Shown here: one piece after another, positions 9,562 to 18,797 of the stretch
Layout of the letters: the number at the start of each line of letters is the position of its first letter
How positions within the stretch are numbered: the stretch's first letter is position 1
From: Candidatus Thorarchaeota archaeon
GTDB lineage: Archaea; Asgardarchaeota; Thorarchaeia; Thorarchaeales; Thorarchaeaceae
DNA length: 32,000 nucleotides
Direction of reading: 5' to 3'
NCBI GenBank assembly: GCA_003345555.1
Contig: PRDJ01000012.1
Location: forward strand, 12,280 to 44,279
Made by a program: the position numbers and the translations under genes
Notes under the pieces: model-generated
What the model saw: the letters and a program-made list of their open reading frames with translations, nothing else
Database searches by the model: none
What the model was told of the DNA's origin: nothing

Positions 9562-10539
9562 ATGACGCTCATACAAGTGGACCACCTCAGGAAGTACTTC
9601 CCAGTTCAGAAAGGCTTCGCCGCCGCTCTCCTCTCAAAGGAGAGTCAGTATGTCAGAGCAGTAGATGACGTTTCATTTGAGATTGAAAGAGGCGAGGTTC
9701 TCGGCCTCGTTGGCGAAAGTGGATCGGGCAAGACAACAATAGGTCGACTATGCGTGAGACTGCTGAAGCCGACAGAGGGAAAGATACTGTTCGACGGAAC
9801 CGACATCTCCTTGCTGAGCAGCGAGGAGATGAGAGTCATGAGGCGCAAGCTTCAGCTCACATTTCAGGACCCGAGCTCATCCCTGAACCCTCGAATGACA
9901 GTCGGCAACGCAATCGCAGATGCCATGAGACTCCAAGGCATTGGGACACCGAAGGAAAGGAGAGAGAAAGCCGAGGAAGTCTTAGAAAGAGTGGGAATGT
10001 CACCGGCGAAAACATTCTATGATAGACTGCCACACCAGCTGAGCGGCGGCCAGAGGCAGAGGGTTGTCTTTGGCAGAGCAATCATATTGAACCCCGAGTT
10101 CATAGTGACTGACGAGCCAGTGGCTATGGTCGATGTTTCAATCAAGGCCCAGATATTGGACCTTATGATGGACCTGAAGAGAGAGTTCAACCTGACCTAT
10201 CTGTTCATCTCACACGATCTTGCCACAGCACGTCATGTGTGCGACCGGATAGCAGTCATGTACCTTGGGAGGATTGTCGAGATTGCTGACAAGAACAGTA
10301 TCTACGAGAATCCTCTTCATCCTTACTCAAAGGGTTTGATGTCTGCTATTCCCGTACCAGACCCGAGAATCAAGAAACCCGCGGCTATCCCGCAAGGTGA
10401 GATTCCCAGTCCAATCAATCCTCCGCCAGGGTGCCGGTTCAACCCCAGGTGCCCGAGCGCATTTGAAAGATGCCCTCTAGAAGAACCTGAACTGCGAGAC
10501 CTCGGGAATGGCCATCAAGTGGCATGTCACCTGTACTGA
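9562..10539 (+). CDS. dppF: Peptide ABC transporter ATPase (DppF/OppF)
   Basis: GESGSGKT, LSGGQRQR, VTDEP, ISHD, and C-terminal GCRFNPRC...C...VACH. Confidence 0.95.
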   Translation: MTLIQVDHLRKYFPVQKGFAAALLSKESQYVRAVDDVSFEIERGEVLGLVGESGSGKTTIGRLCVRLLKPTEGKILFDGTDISLLSSEEMRVMRRKLQLTFQDPSSSLNPRMTVGNAIADAMRLQGIGTPKERREKAEEVLERVGMSPAKTFYDRLPHQLSGGQRQRVVFGRAIILNPEFIVTDEPVAMVDVSIKAQILDLMMDLKREFNLTYLFISHDLATARHVCDRIAVMYLGRIVEIADKNSIYENPLHPYSKGLMSAIPVPDPRIKKPAAIPQGEIPSPINPPPGCRFNPRCPSAFERCPLEEPELRDLGNGHQVACHLY

Positions 10540-10703
10540 ATCCCATTAGGATTGAGACTCACTCATGAGACCGGCCTAGGCGTCCAAAGCCTTTCAAGCA
10601 CGGCAGCCCATGAGATGTTACGCGGCAAATTGATAACAGAGACTCTCAACCATTGCCTTTCCAGTTAAGATATACACACGCTCACTACGTGCCTTAACGA
10701 TGT

Positions 10704-11249
10704 TCACGGAACAGACGATAGCCGGAATCGCCTGCCACAGTTTTGGCATGCTAAAGTCCCATTCACATCGACCTTGTCGCGCGAGTACGAATAGACAGCG
10801 TCGCAGTAAGGACACTTCTCCCTCCATGTGAAGACCATACTCTTATCCTCTGGTGCTTCAATCACTATTCTGCCACAAGCACGACATTTGAGTGCAGGCA
10901 GGTGCGGACAGGGCCCCCGGAAGAAGTAGACATTCCAATCGGACGTAGGGCCCAAGCTCGCTCCAAACGCAGAATAGCGGCGAAAACCGGTAATGGTGGG
11001 CACATCCTTGTTCCAGTATATGCCTCCGGCGCCGACGATGTACCCCTTATCCATAATGGCATTGCAGAAGGGGCAGATAGTGACAACCTCCTGACTCTCG
11101 ACACCATCCTGAGGCTCATGGTCGGGCTCGAATCTTCTGCCGCAGTTCTTACATTCCACGCTTCCGTCTGCATCCATCCTGTCAATTTCATAAATGTAGG
11201 CGGCGGAACAGTACGGGCACTTGGCTGCGGGAAGACTGTTTCTATGCAT
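10704..11249 (-). CDS. Triple Zn-ribbon hypothetical protein
   Basis: Terminal repeats CPYC-x18-CKNCG and CPYC-x18-CQNCG flank a central CPFC...CRAC module. A GAGGT site lies upstream of the ATG. Confidence 0.8.
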   Translation of the reverse strand: MHRNSLPAAKCPYCSAAYIYEIDRMDADGSVECKNCGRRFEPDHEPQDGVESQEVVTICPFCNAIMDKGYIVGAGGIYWNKDVPTITGFRRYSAFGASLGPTSDWNVYFFRGPCPHLPALKCRACGRIVIEAPEDKSMVFTWREKCPYCDAVYSYSRDKVDVNGTLACQNCGRRFRLSSVP

Positions 11250-11432
11250 CTCGCTTCATACCTCATCGGACGGGAGACTGTTCGAGGCCGCAAGCACCAA
11301 GCGCACAACAAGAACCGAAACTCCAGCTGCCATATGTTGACAATGCGATGCTAAGCCTATATCCCTTGTGCAGCCCGAGGCGCCGTCATGAAATACGATG
11401 ATTCGTTCTACGAGAATACTGTTCCCCGATTC

Positions 11433-11690
11433 TCATGAAGACGACGAAATAGGAAACCTTTCGCCGCAATTCTGGTATTCGACGCTTCCATCCGCAGCGA
11501 CCTTGTCGATTCTGCAAGCGTCGGTGGCGCCGCAGGATGGACAACTTTCCATAAAAGCAACGTGACCAGCATCGTCAAGTTCTGCGCCATCGACAGGGGG
11601 CAAGTCCAAGCCAACAAGTAAGACTCGCACGATAATTCCCGGAAATCCCGATGCCATATGGACATGATGAAGCACTAGTGCTTTATCCAT
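11433..11690 (-). pseudogene. Degenerate Zn-ribbon copy (short ORF or pseudogene remnant)
   Basis: CPSC-x18-YQNCG is homologous to the repeats of the 10704..11249 protein, but the third Cys is replaced by Tyr (TAC). Confidence 0.5.
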
Positions 11691-11856
11691 TTTGCATCGA
11701 AGCGCATTGCTGTGGCAAACTTGATGCTAGGACATGTCTGACGGGCCTGGTAACACGGCTGAACTAGCTGAACGAAAGAAGCTGAGCAATGAATAACAGC
11801 TCAGAAGACACTGAAAGCATATATGCAGGCACCTGAACGACTCGTCAGGGATCTTC

Positions 11857-13446
11857 TTGACAGAGCTGCGCACGGAAATCTCGCGAGTGACCATCTTCAG
11901 GGATGGAGCCCGAGTTACTCGCACGGGCAAGGTGTTACTGGATTCCGGGACCCAAAGGGTGCTTGTGGGTGGTATTACGGAATACGCGCATGAAGACAGC
12001 TTCCGAGTAAAGGGCTCGGGTCCAGCTACTCTATCGAGCATTGATGTCAGAAGAACAGTGGAGACCTACGAACCCAAGAGCGACCTGAAGCCCTTGCTCG
12101 ATGAACTCAAGAAGCTCAATTCGGAACGCGAAGCGACAGCTGATGAAATCGCCATATTCAGCGGTCGGCTGTCGTATCTTGAAGCCATGAACGCGGCGTT
12201 TGCTGGCAACTTTGGTCTTCTCTTCGCCGCCAGTGAAGCAGAGGTTTCTCAGTTGACCGAAATGGATACAGTCTCGGGTCGAAGCATAGTCGAAACGAAG
12301 AGCAAAATCCGCGAGCTCGAGAAGAAACTGAGGGACATTGACGACAGAATCAACTCAGTGAAGAAGAATCTTGGAAGAATCGAATCTGAGAAGAAGACTG
12401 AGAGTTTCTTCGAAGTCGAAATAACTATCGACGTGTCGAAGAAGGCACAAGTTGAGCTCGAAGTCACTTACCAAGTTGCAAACACAGGATGGCGCCCGAG
12501 TTATGATTTAGATCTTCTTCCGGGTTCGGCGAAGCTAAGGAGAGTAGCTCTGCTATACAACCAGACTCGAGAGCCATGGCAAAAGGTAGCCCTAACTGTC
12601 TCAACTGCCACTGCAAAGCCAGTTGAAGCAGTCGAAGCCAGTCCCTTCTACATTACAGCTTACGACCCCGAAGAAGAACGCCGTCGAATGCGAGCTATGA
12701 AAAAGGAGATGGCACCGAAAATGAGACCTCCTCCTCCGCCCGCAACAATGGCAGCTCCAGCTCCGTCTATGGCGCCACCAGCTCCAAAGCCAGTCATTTC
12801 TGAACAGCTTGCACAAGTCTCCGAACTCGCATCAGGCATCTCAGTATATGAGCTGCCTAGCCGGGTCACGGTTCCCTTTGGCAACGACGAGCATCCATTC
12901 ACGCTCCTCGAAGAGGAATTGAAGTCGTCGACAATCCATTACTGGTATGCCGATGGTATGCCAGAGCCAGTAGCTCAGGACGAAGTCACAAACGGTGACA
13001 CAGTCATATTGCCCGGGAAAGTGAAGGTCTATGCAGAAGGGGACTACATAGGCGAGTCGACCGTATCACAGATATCGCCTCGAGAGAAGTTCAAGATGGG
13101 TACTCGGGTTGCCTATGATGTGAAGGTAAAGAAGAAGCTCACTTCCCGGGAGATAGAGAAAGCAGGCATAACCCGCGGTAAACTGAGAAGGGCTTACTCG
13201 TATAGTCTGGAGATTGAGAATTTCGGAAAGACGCCCATCAAGATTGAGGTGTATGATAGAGTACCCCACAGCCTTAACCCATCTATCGAGGTCAAGGGCA
13301 ATTGGGGTCAGCATCAGCCGGAGAGTAGTGAGCTTGGAGTGATAAAGTGGAGCCTCGATGTCGAGCAAATCAAGAAGAGGCAAATCGACTACAGCTACGA
13401 GGTTCTGTGGGAGCGAGGCATCACCATAAGCCCACCATTGCCGTGA
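11857..13446 (+). CDS. DUF4139/DUF4140 (TIGR02231/MuiA-like) protein, paralogue 1
   Basis: N-terminal ISRVTIFRDGARVTR, HEDSFRV, a coiled coil, LEVTYQV...W.PSYDL, YNQTREPW..V.LTVSTA. Confidence 0.85.
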   Translation: MTELRTEISRVTIFRDGARVTRTGKVLLDSGTQRVLVGGITEYAHEDSFRVKGSGPATLSSIDVRRTVETYEPKSDLKPLLDELKKLNSEREATADEIAIFSGRLSYLEAMNAAFAGNFGLLFAASEAEVSQLTEMDTVSGRSIVETKSKIRELEKKLRDIDDRINSVKKNLGRIESEKKTESFFEVEITIDVSKKAQVELEVTYQVANTGWRPSYDLDLLPGSAKLRRVALLYNQTREPWQKVALTVSTATAKPVEAVEASPFYITAYDPEEERRRMRAMKKEMAPKMRPPPPPATMAAPAPSMAPPAPKPVISEQLAQVSELASGISVYELPSRVTVPFGNDEHPFTLLEEELKSSTIHYWYADGMPEPVAQDEVTNGDTVILPGKVKVYAEGDYIGESTVSQISPREKFKMGTRVAYDVKVKKKLTSREIEKAGITRGKLRRAYSYSLEIENFGKTPIKIEVYDRVPHSLNPSIEVKGNWGQHQPESSELGVIKWSLDVEQIKKRQIDYSYEVLWERGITISPPLP

Positions 13447-13456
13447 GGTGAACCAG

Positions 13457-15049
13457 ATGAGCACGAATCTAGAGACAAAGGTAACGAGTGTGACCGTATT
13501 CCGAGACGGAGCAAGAGTGACCAGGACCGGTCTAGCACACGCGACTCCCGGAGAGCAGTCCTTCATCATTTCAGATATCACTGGCTATGCTCAAGATGAC
13601 AGCTTCCGCGTCAAAGGTACTGGTGCAGCGGCACTTAGGGGAATCGACGTAAAGAAGAAGCAGCTGACCTTCGAGCCAGCAGGAAGTCTAAAGGAACTGA
13701 AGGCAGAACTGGAGAAGATAGAGAAACGGAAGGTTTCTCTGACAGATCTCATAGCTTACCAGGAGTCTCGCGTGGCCCAGCTGACTTCGATAAGCAAACA
13801 GTTCTATTCCGAATTCGGCAAGTGGTACGCCGCGAAGGAGTCGAAGATGGATCAGATGACTGCTATGGACAAGGCTTCCATGGAGCTTCTGCGCGATGCC
13901 AAGAAGAAACTCAGAGAATCAAGAGAAGAACTGAAGGAAGTTGAAGCCAAGTACAATGCAATTCAGTCCAATATCAGCAGGGTACAGGGCGAGCGACGCA
14001 CGGAGACAGTTACAGAAGTCGCGGTCACTCTCGATGTAACTGGGGAGACAGATATCCGACTCGACCTCACGTACCAGCTCAGCAATGCTGAATGGGAACC
14101 GAATTACGATGTGGACATCGCAGACAAGAAAGCTCGGATTAGAAGGATCGCCATGGTTTCGAACCAGAGCTTGGAGGAATGGACTGATGTGGCCCTCACT
14201 GTTTCCACCGCGTCTGCAAGACCTGTTGAGGCAGTGAAAGCTGAACCATTCTACATAGATGTCTATCAGCCAGTCGTTCTTCGTGCAATGGCTGCTGAAG
14301 CAGGCGGGGCTGGGCGACCTATGCCACGCGAGGCAGCCGATAGAATGATGATGGTCGAAAAGGAGGCTGGGGAGGAGGCGCCGCCGGCCGCTGAGGAGAT
14401 GGCCGAACGCTATGCTGAGACTACGGAGTCGATCAGTGGCACCGTGATGTACGAGCTGCCGGGCACTGTTACCATTCCCTCTACGGTCGAGCCACACCCC
14501 ATTACTCTTACCGAGGAGATGTATGATAGTAAGCGGCTCCATTTCTGGAATGCCTATGCCATGCGAGAAGTGGTTGCTCAGGACGAGATAACCAATGGAG
14601 ATTCTGTATTGCTGCCAGGCCCAACGAAGGTCTATGCGGCGGGTGACTTCATTGGTCAGACCTACCTAGCAATGATAGCACCGAGGGAGAAGTTCCGTCT
14701 GGGCACAAGAAGCGCATACGATGTCAAAGCAGAGAAGAAGCTCCTAGCGAAGGACACAGAGAAGGCTGGTATCTCAAAGGGCAAGAGAAGACGCGAGTAC
14801 AAGTATCGTCTGGCATTCAAGAACTTCGCGAAGGAGAAGATAGAGGTAAAGGTCGTGGACAGGATTCCGTACAGCAGCAGTGAGAAAGTCACCGTCTCGC
14901 TGCAAACACCTTCCATCCCTTACGAGAAATCTGAACTGGGTATCATTGAGTGGAATGCTGCGATTGAGCCCGCGAAGGAACTCAGCATAGATTACGGGTT
15001 CGTCGTTGAGTGGGAACAACAACTGGAGATACGACCTCCCTTGCCGTAG
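13457..15049 (+). CDS. DUF4139/DUF4140 (TIGR02231/MuiA-like) protein, paralogue 2
   Basis: VTSVTVFRDGARVTR, QDDSFRV, LTYQL...WEPNYDV, NQSLEEW..V.LTVSTA. GAGGTG at 13445-13450 supports the ATG at 13457. Confidence 0.85.
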   Translation: MSTNLETKVTSVTVFRDGARVTRTGLAHATPGEQSFIISDITGYAQDDSFRVKGTGAAALRGIDVKKKQLTFEPAGSLKELKAELEKIEKRKVSLTDLIAYQESRVAQLTSISKQFYSEFGKWYAAKESKMDQMTAMDKASMELLRDAKKKLRESREELKEVEAKYNAIQSNISRVQGERRTETVTEVAVTLDVTGETDIRLDLTYQLSNAEWEPNYDVDIADKKARIRRIAMVSNQSLEEWTDVALTVSTASARPVEAVKAEPFYIDVYQPVVLRAMAAEAGGAGRPMPREAADRMMMVEKEAGEEAPPAAEEMAERYAETTESISGTVMYELPGTVTIPSTVEPHPITLTEEMYDSKRLHFWNAYAMREVVAQDEITNGDSVLLPGPTKVYAAGDFIGQTYLAMIAPREKFRLGTRSAYDVKAEKKLLAKDTEKAGISKGKRRREYKYRLAFKNFAKEKIEVKVVDRIPYSSSEKVTVSLQTPSIPYEKSELGIIEWNAAIEPAKELSIDYGFVVEWEQQLEIRPPLP

Positions 15050-15283
15050 ACCTCCAAGTAACGGGTACAAGCTTCAGCCCCACGAAGACCGGCATTATCT
15101 ATGCCAGCGGAAGACGAGAATCGTCTTACTAACGGCCAATTTTGTCTGTGATGCACGCGAATCGCTCGGTTGTATTCCGGCATTTCTCAAGCATCATGCT
15201 TTCGTTGTGTAATTGGATGACTGGGGAGAAATCACCCCACTCCGAGGTTCAGCATGCGAACCTTCAACTCTCGAGTAACGCGG

Positions 15284-15535
15284 CTATCTGTCAGTATCAT
15301 CGAGTGGGCCACGTGCCGCAGGATTGATGCCCCTTCGATTGTATCTCACGCCGCATCCGAACACCAGCACGACATAGAGCCCGAGTCCAAACAAGTTTAC
15401 GACAAAGAATGCACCACCATTGAATAATATGTCATAAACTATTGAAGCAAAGATCAAAATCACAGGGGCTAGTATAGCTCCCATGAACGCGTAATAGAAA
15501 GTAGGATGCTCCCTTTTGCCGTATTCCGCCATCAT
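15284..15535 (-). CDS. Small 2-TM hypothetical membrane protein
   Basis: 83-aa ORF with two hydrophobic helices flanked by charged termini. It fills an otherwise empty gap. Confidence 0.65.
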   Translation of the reverse strand: MMAEYGKREHPTFYYAFMGAILAPVILIFASIVYDILFNGGAFFVVNLFGLGLYVVLVFGCGVRYNRRGINPAARGPLDDTDR

Positions 15536-15661
15536 ATCTCACACCCTCTAATTCTGTGCATTACGAAGATAACAAAGCGAACTCCCATAGTCAACGATTC
15601 CCCCAAACCTATTACATGGATTCGACGCTCTTAAACTCTCGCAGCCATAGAAGCATTGCAC

Positions 15662-17005
15662 TCACAAATGCTCCATCTCATCCATCAAGTATACAATCCG
15701 CTTTATTGACTTCTGGTAGTTTTCAAGCATGATGCTTTCATTGGGCGAGTGGACACGTGAAAAGAAGTCTCCACAGCCAATCGACACCATCGGGACTTTG
15801 TCTTTGAACAGATACAACGGGCCCGACCCCGGTGATGTAATATGAATGTCAATATCGTGTCCGAAGGCCCTTCTGTTAGCTGCTGCCACCACCTTCACAA
15901 ACGGATGGTCAACCGGTGCTTTCGCCGCAGGGTAACCCTCATGCCAAGGAATATTGACAGCCGAGAAGCCATTCTGATCTAGATGAAGCCTAAGCTTTCT
16001 CAGAATGTCTTCTGGATCCATTCCTTCGACGAGCCTGAAGTCCACTTTGGCGGAGGCCTTCGCGGGTAGAACGGTCTTAGAACCTTCCCCCTGCCAGCCA
16101 CTGTCGAGACCGCAGATATTGCATGTAGGTTTGTTATAATAGGCCTCTTTCACTTCCATCCCTGACATACCGTTCAGGAACTCTTCGATTCCGTAGTGCT
16201 CTTTGAATACGCGCTCCTGAAGGTCCATCTTTGTGGCTGCCTCGACTTCTGCTGGTGTTAGAGGCCTTACGCCATCATAGAAACCCCGAATCATTACGCG
16301 GCCACGCTGGTCCTTGAGAGACGCGAGAGCGTGTACGAGTGTGTATGCTGCAGAAGGGAGTACGCATGCGTTGGCAGAATGTGCATCATGAGAGAGAAGC
16401 TGAACTTCTAGCTGTACGTATAGTATGCCTTTCAGACCAAGCCAAGCTTCTTGGGTTCCTCCCGGTCCAGAGCCCCCGAATTCCCATATTCCACCATCGG
16501 CTTTCAAAAAAGAAGCATTGGCGCGTGCGAACTCAGGAAGGTGCGGGCTGCTGATTTCCTCCTCCCCTTCCACGATAAACTTCACGTTGATTGGCAGCTT
16601 GTGTCCAGTTTCCTTGAGCGCCTTCATCGCCCATATCCGAGAGATGAGATCGCCCTTGTTGTCTGCTGTGCCACGCCCAAAGATGCGTCCGTTTCGTATC
16701 ACTGGATTGTAAGGAGACGATTCCCAGAGATCAAGGGGCTCCGCAGGCTGCACATCATAATGATCATAGAATAGCAGAGTTCTTTTTGTGCCCGTGTCCA
16801 CTTTGCCTGTGACAACCGGGGAGCCCGAGGTTTCGTATACCCGAGTTTGTAAACCCACTTCGCTGAGCATCTTCTCAACGAGCTCTGCGGCCTCGGTGAT
16901 TCCCTCGCCCTTTGCCGCCACAGATGGGATGCGACAGAGCCTCTTGAGATCCTGAAGGGACCTACCTATTGTTCGGTCAACATAAGCAATGGCGTCTTCA
17001 ATCAT
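15662..17005 (-). CDS. M20/M25/M40 metallopeptidase (dipeptidase/deacylase-like)
   Basis: Motifs FYDHYDVQP, RGTADNKG, EGEEE, HDAHS and VHSPNE. Likely start is ATG 17005 (MIEDAIAY). Confidence 0.93.
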   Translation of the reverse strand: MIEDAIAYVDRTIGRSLQDLKRLCRIPSVAAKGEGITEAAELVEKMLSEVGLQTRVYETSGSPVVTGKVDTGTKRTLLFYDHYDVQPAEPLDLWESSPYNPVIRNGRIFGRGTADNKGDLISRIWAMKALKETGHKLPINVKFIVEGEEEISSPHLPEFARANASFLKADGGIWEFGGSGPGGTQEAWLGLKGILYVQLEVQLLSHDAHSANACVLPSAAYTLVHALASLKDQRGRVMIRGFYDGVRPLTPAEVEAATKMDLQERVFKEHYGIEEFLNGMSGMEVKEAYYNKPTCNICGLDSGWQGEGSKTVLPAKASAKVDFRLVEGMDPEDILRKLRLHLDQNGFSAVNIPWHEGYPAAKAPVDHPFVKVVAAANRRAFGHDIDIHITSPGSGPLYLFKDKVPMVSIGCGDFFSRVHSPNESIMLENYQKSIKRIVYLMDEMEHL

Positions 17006-17197
17006 GATGCCGCCCGATGTATTGGATGAAAGACCCGGGTCAAATACGCTGTGGTCACTCAATCGCGGCCATACAAAGAGCTGTACAAAAGGAAAGAATA
17101 CAGAGGCTAGTCCGGAAGGGCTAGCCCGCTGCAAGCGTTGCCTGGTGATACAAACTTCAGCAACGGCATTCACCGGAGGGACCGGTTTCAGTATCTC

Positions 17198-17350
17198 TTA
17201 GAGAGTGACTGGTCGGCAGAGGTTCTCCTTCTTGTTGGCCGCTCTGCCACAGACCTCACAGATGAACTTGGGGTCCTTGACTATTCTTCTCATATCATCG
17301 ACGCCGTGGTGTTTGGCGTACTCACAAAGGTGTTGACTGTGTTCACTCAT
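17198..17350 (-). CDS. 50-aa His/Cys-rich putative metal-binding small protein (not in ORF track)
   Basis: MSEHSQHLCEYAKHHGVDDMRRIVKDPKFICEVCGRAANKKENLCRPVTL*, with GGAGGA 6 nt upstream of the ATG. Confidence 0.8.
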   Translation of the reverse strand: MSEHSQHLCEYAKHHGVDDMRRIVKDPKFICEVCGRAANKKENLCRPVTL

Positions 17351-17469
17351 GCTTAGTCCTCCAAGCAGGCATTTAGGCTAGCAGCACTCGGCACTTCTAA
17401 TAAGTGTTGGCAAGTGACACCTCTGGATAGGGATATATCTCCGCAACAAAACCAGCCTTGTGGCCCCGA

Positions 17470-18744
17470 ATGCAAAGCACTCTCCAAACCAGCGACTGGT
17501 CGAGTTTAGAATCTGTATACCGTTCAGCGTTCTTCTGCAGCCTCGGTTTCTTTCTGGTATCATTCCTTCTTCCTATAGTGGCTTACGGCTACATGGGCGC
17601 CTCAGCAGTACAAGTCGCTTTGATATTCTCAATGCTGACTCTCGGCTATGCGATCTTCTCACCCGTTGCCGGCAAGATCGCAGCTCGGGGACGGACGCGC
17701 GAGTGCATATGTGGTGGGGCATCAGTTCGTGGGCTGTCCTACTTTGGCATGGCTGCTGCCGTCGCGCTAGGTTCTGTTGATACGTTGATAGTGAACAGCC
17801 TGCTGTGGGGATTTGGCGCGGCCTTCTACCAAGTTGGTAGTGATTCGGAAATATCGGAGAGGGTTGTTCGGGAGAACAGGGCCGAAGCATTCGGAAGACG
17901 CGAGGCGGCTAACGCTAAGGGCAGTCTCGCGGGAGCCCCGGCAGGATTCTTGATATTAATGTTCTTCAATGTGTCCTACGTATTCCTGTTCTACGCGGCC
18001 ATGAACCTAGTTGGCGGGTTTGCTGTCATTCGACACAGACCTGAGCCAAGACCTCGCGCAGGCTTGTCCCCATACCTACGCGCTGGCGGCGTTGTCGCTA
18101 CGGGTATCGCGGCGCTTGTTCTGGCGGCGTCCCTTGATACATTCATCGCCGAGCTGATGAGGCCTTTTGTCGAACTGCTCATCATCAGCGTGTTCAACCC
18201 TGACATCCACATCTTGGCTTTGGTGTATCTACCGGGAGGGATTGTTTCGGGACTTCTTGGTGGAAGAATGGGTCGGCTTGCAGATCGGTCGAGCAGAATG
18301 AAGATTGTGGCAGCGGCGGTTATTGTCAGCTCGTCTTCCTCTCTGCTCTTGGCGGTGATACCAAATGCCGCCGCCTTGCTCATCGCCGTCATTCCACAGC
18401 TTGGGTCTATCACTGAGGCCGGAGTCGGACTGCTCTTGATAGCAGTTCTCTTCACAATCCAGAGCACTACCACCTTGCTTGCCTATGTGGTCATATCCTC
18501 AGTGTTTGGCACGGCGTATGAAGGAAGGGCCGGAGAGGGCTTCGGTAGGTTTGAGGCAGCGCTCGGCGCCGCAAGATTCGCAGGTCCGATAACAGGCGGC
18601 ATTCTTTGGGACACAGTCAGTCCTATTGCGCCATTTGTCCTCGTTGGTCTGAGCGGATATCTGTTGATACCTTTGTACTACGCTGGAATAAGGCGCTATG
18701 AGCAATTGTGCCATGACAGACATCATGCCAGTGCCGTAGACTGA
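17470..18744 (+). CDS. MFS transporter
   Basis: About 12 hydrophobic helices; motif A-like GKIAARGRTR and GRLADRSSR. Start is 17458 or 17470. Confidence 0.85.
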   Translation: MQSTLQTSDWSSLESVYRSAFFCSLGFFLVSFLLPIVAYGYMGASAVQVALIFSMLTLGYAIFSPVAGKIAARGRTRECICGGASVRGLSYFGMAAAVALGSVDTLIVNSLLWGFGAAFYQVGSDSEISERVVRENRAEAFGRREAANAKGSLAGAPAGFLILMFFNVSYVFLFYAAMNLVGGFAVIRHRPEPRPRAGLSPYLRAGGVVATGIAALVLAASLDTFIAELMRPFVELLIISVFNPDIHILALVYLPGGIVSGLLGGRMGRLADRSSRMKIVAAAVIVSSSSSLLLAVIPNAAALLIAVIPQLGSITEAGVGLLLIAVLFTIQSTTTLLAYVVISSVFGTAYEGRAGEGFGRFEAALGAARFAGPITGGILWDTVSPIAPFVLVGLSGYLLIPLYYAGIRRYEQLCHDRHHASAVD

Positions 18745-18797
18745 ATCAATGAGACCATGTCAAAAGGAATAGTCTGGTGTCGCGTTCTGCCTGTGTA

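Noticed and set aside
10865-11354. ORFs 10865..11311 (-) and 10902..11354 (+)
   Set aside because: They overlap the Zn-ribbon gene in other frames and have no recognisable motifs.
11817-11826. Palindrome GCATATATGC upstream of the DUF4139 pair
   Set aside because: It could be a promoter or operator, but a single 10-bp palindrome is expected by chance in 32 kb.
15662-17173. N-terminal 56 aa of the 503-aa M20 ORF
   Set aside because: The extension looks non-coding, and M20 homology begins at MIEDAIAY (17005).
17138-17356. Plus-strand 72-aa ORF
   Set aside because: It is antisense to the 50-aa Cys/His protein, which has a strong ribosome-binding site and a motif pattern.
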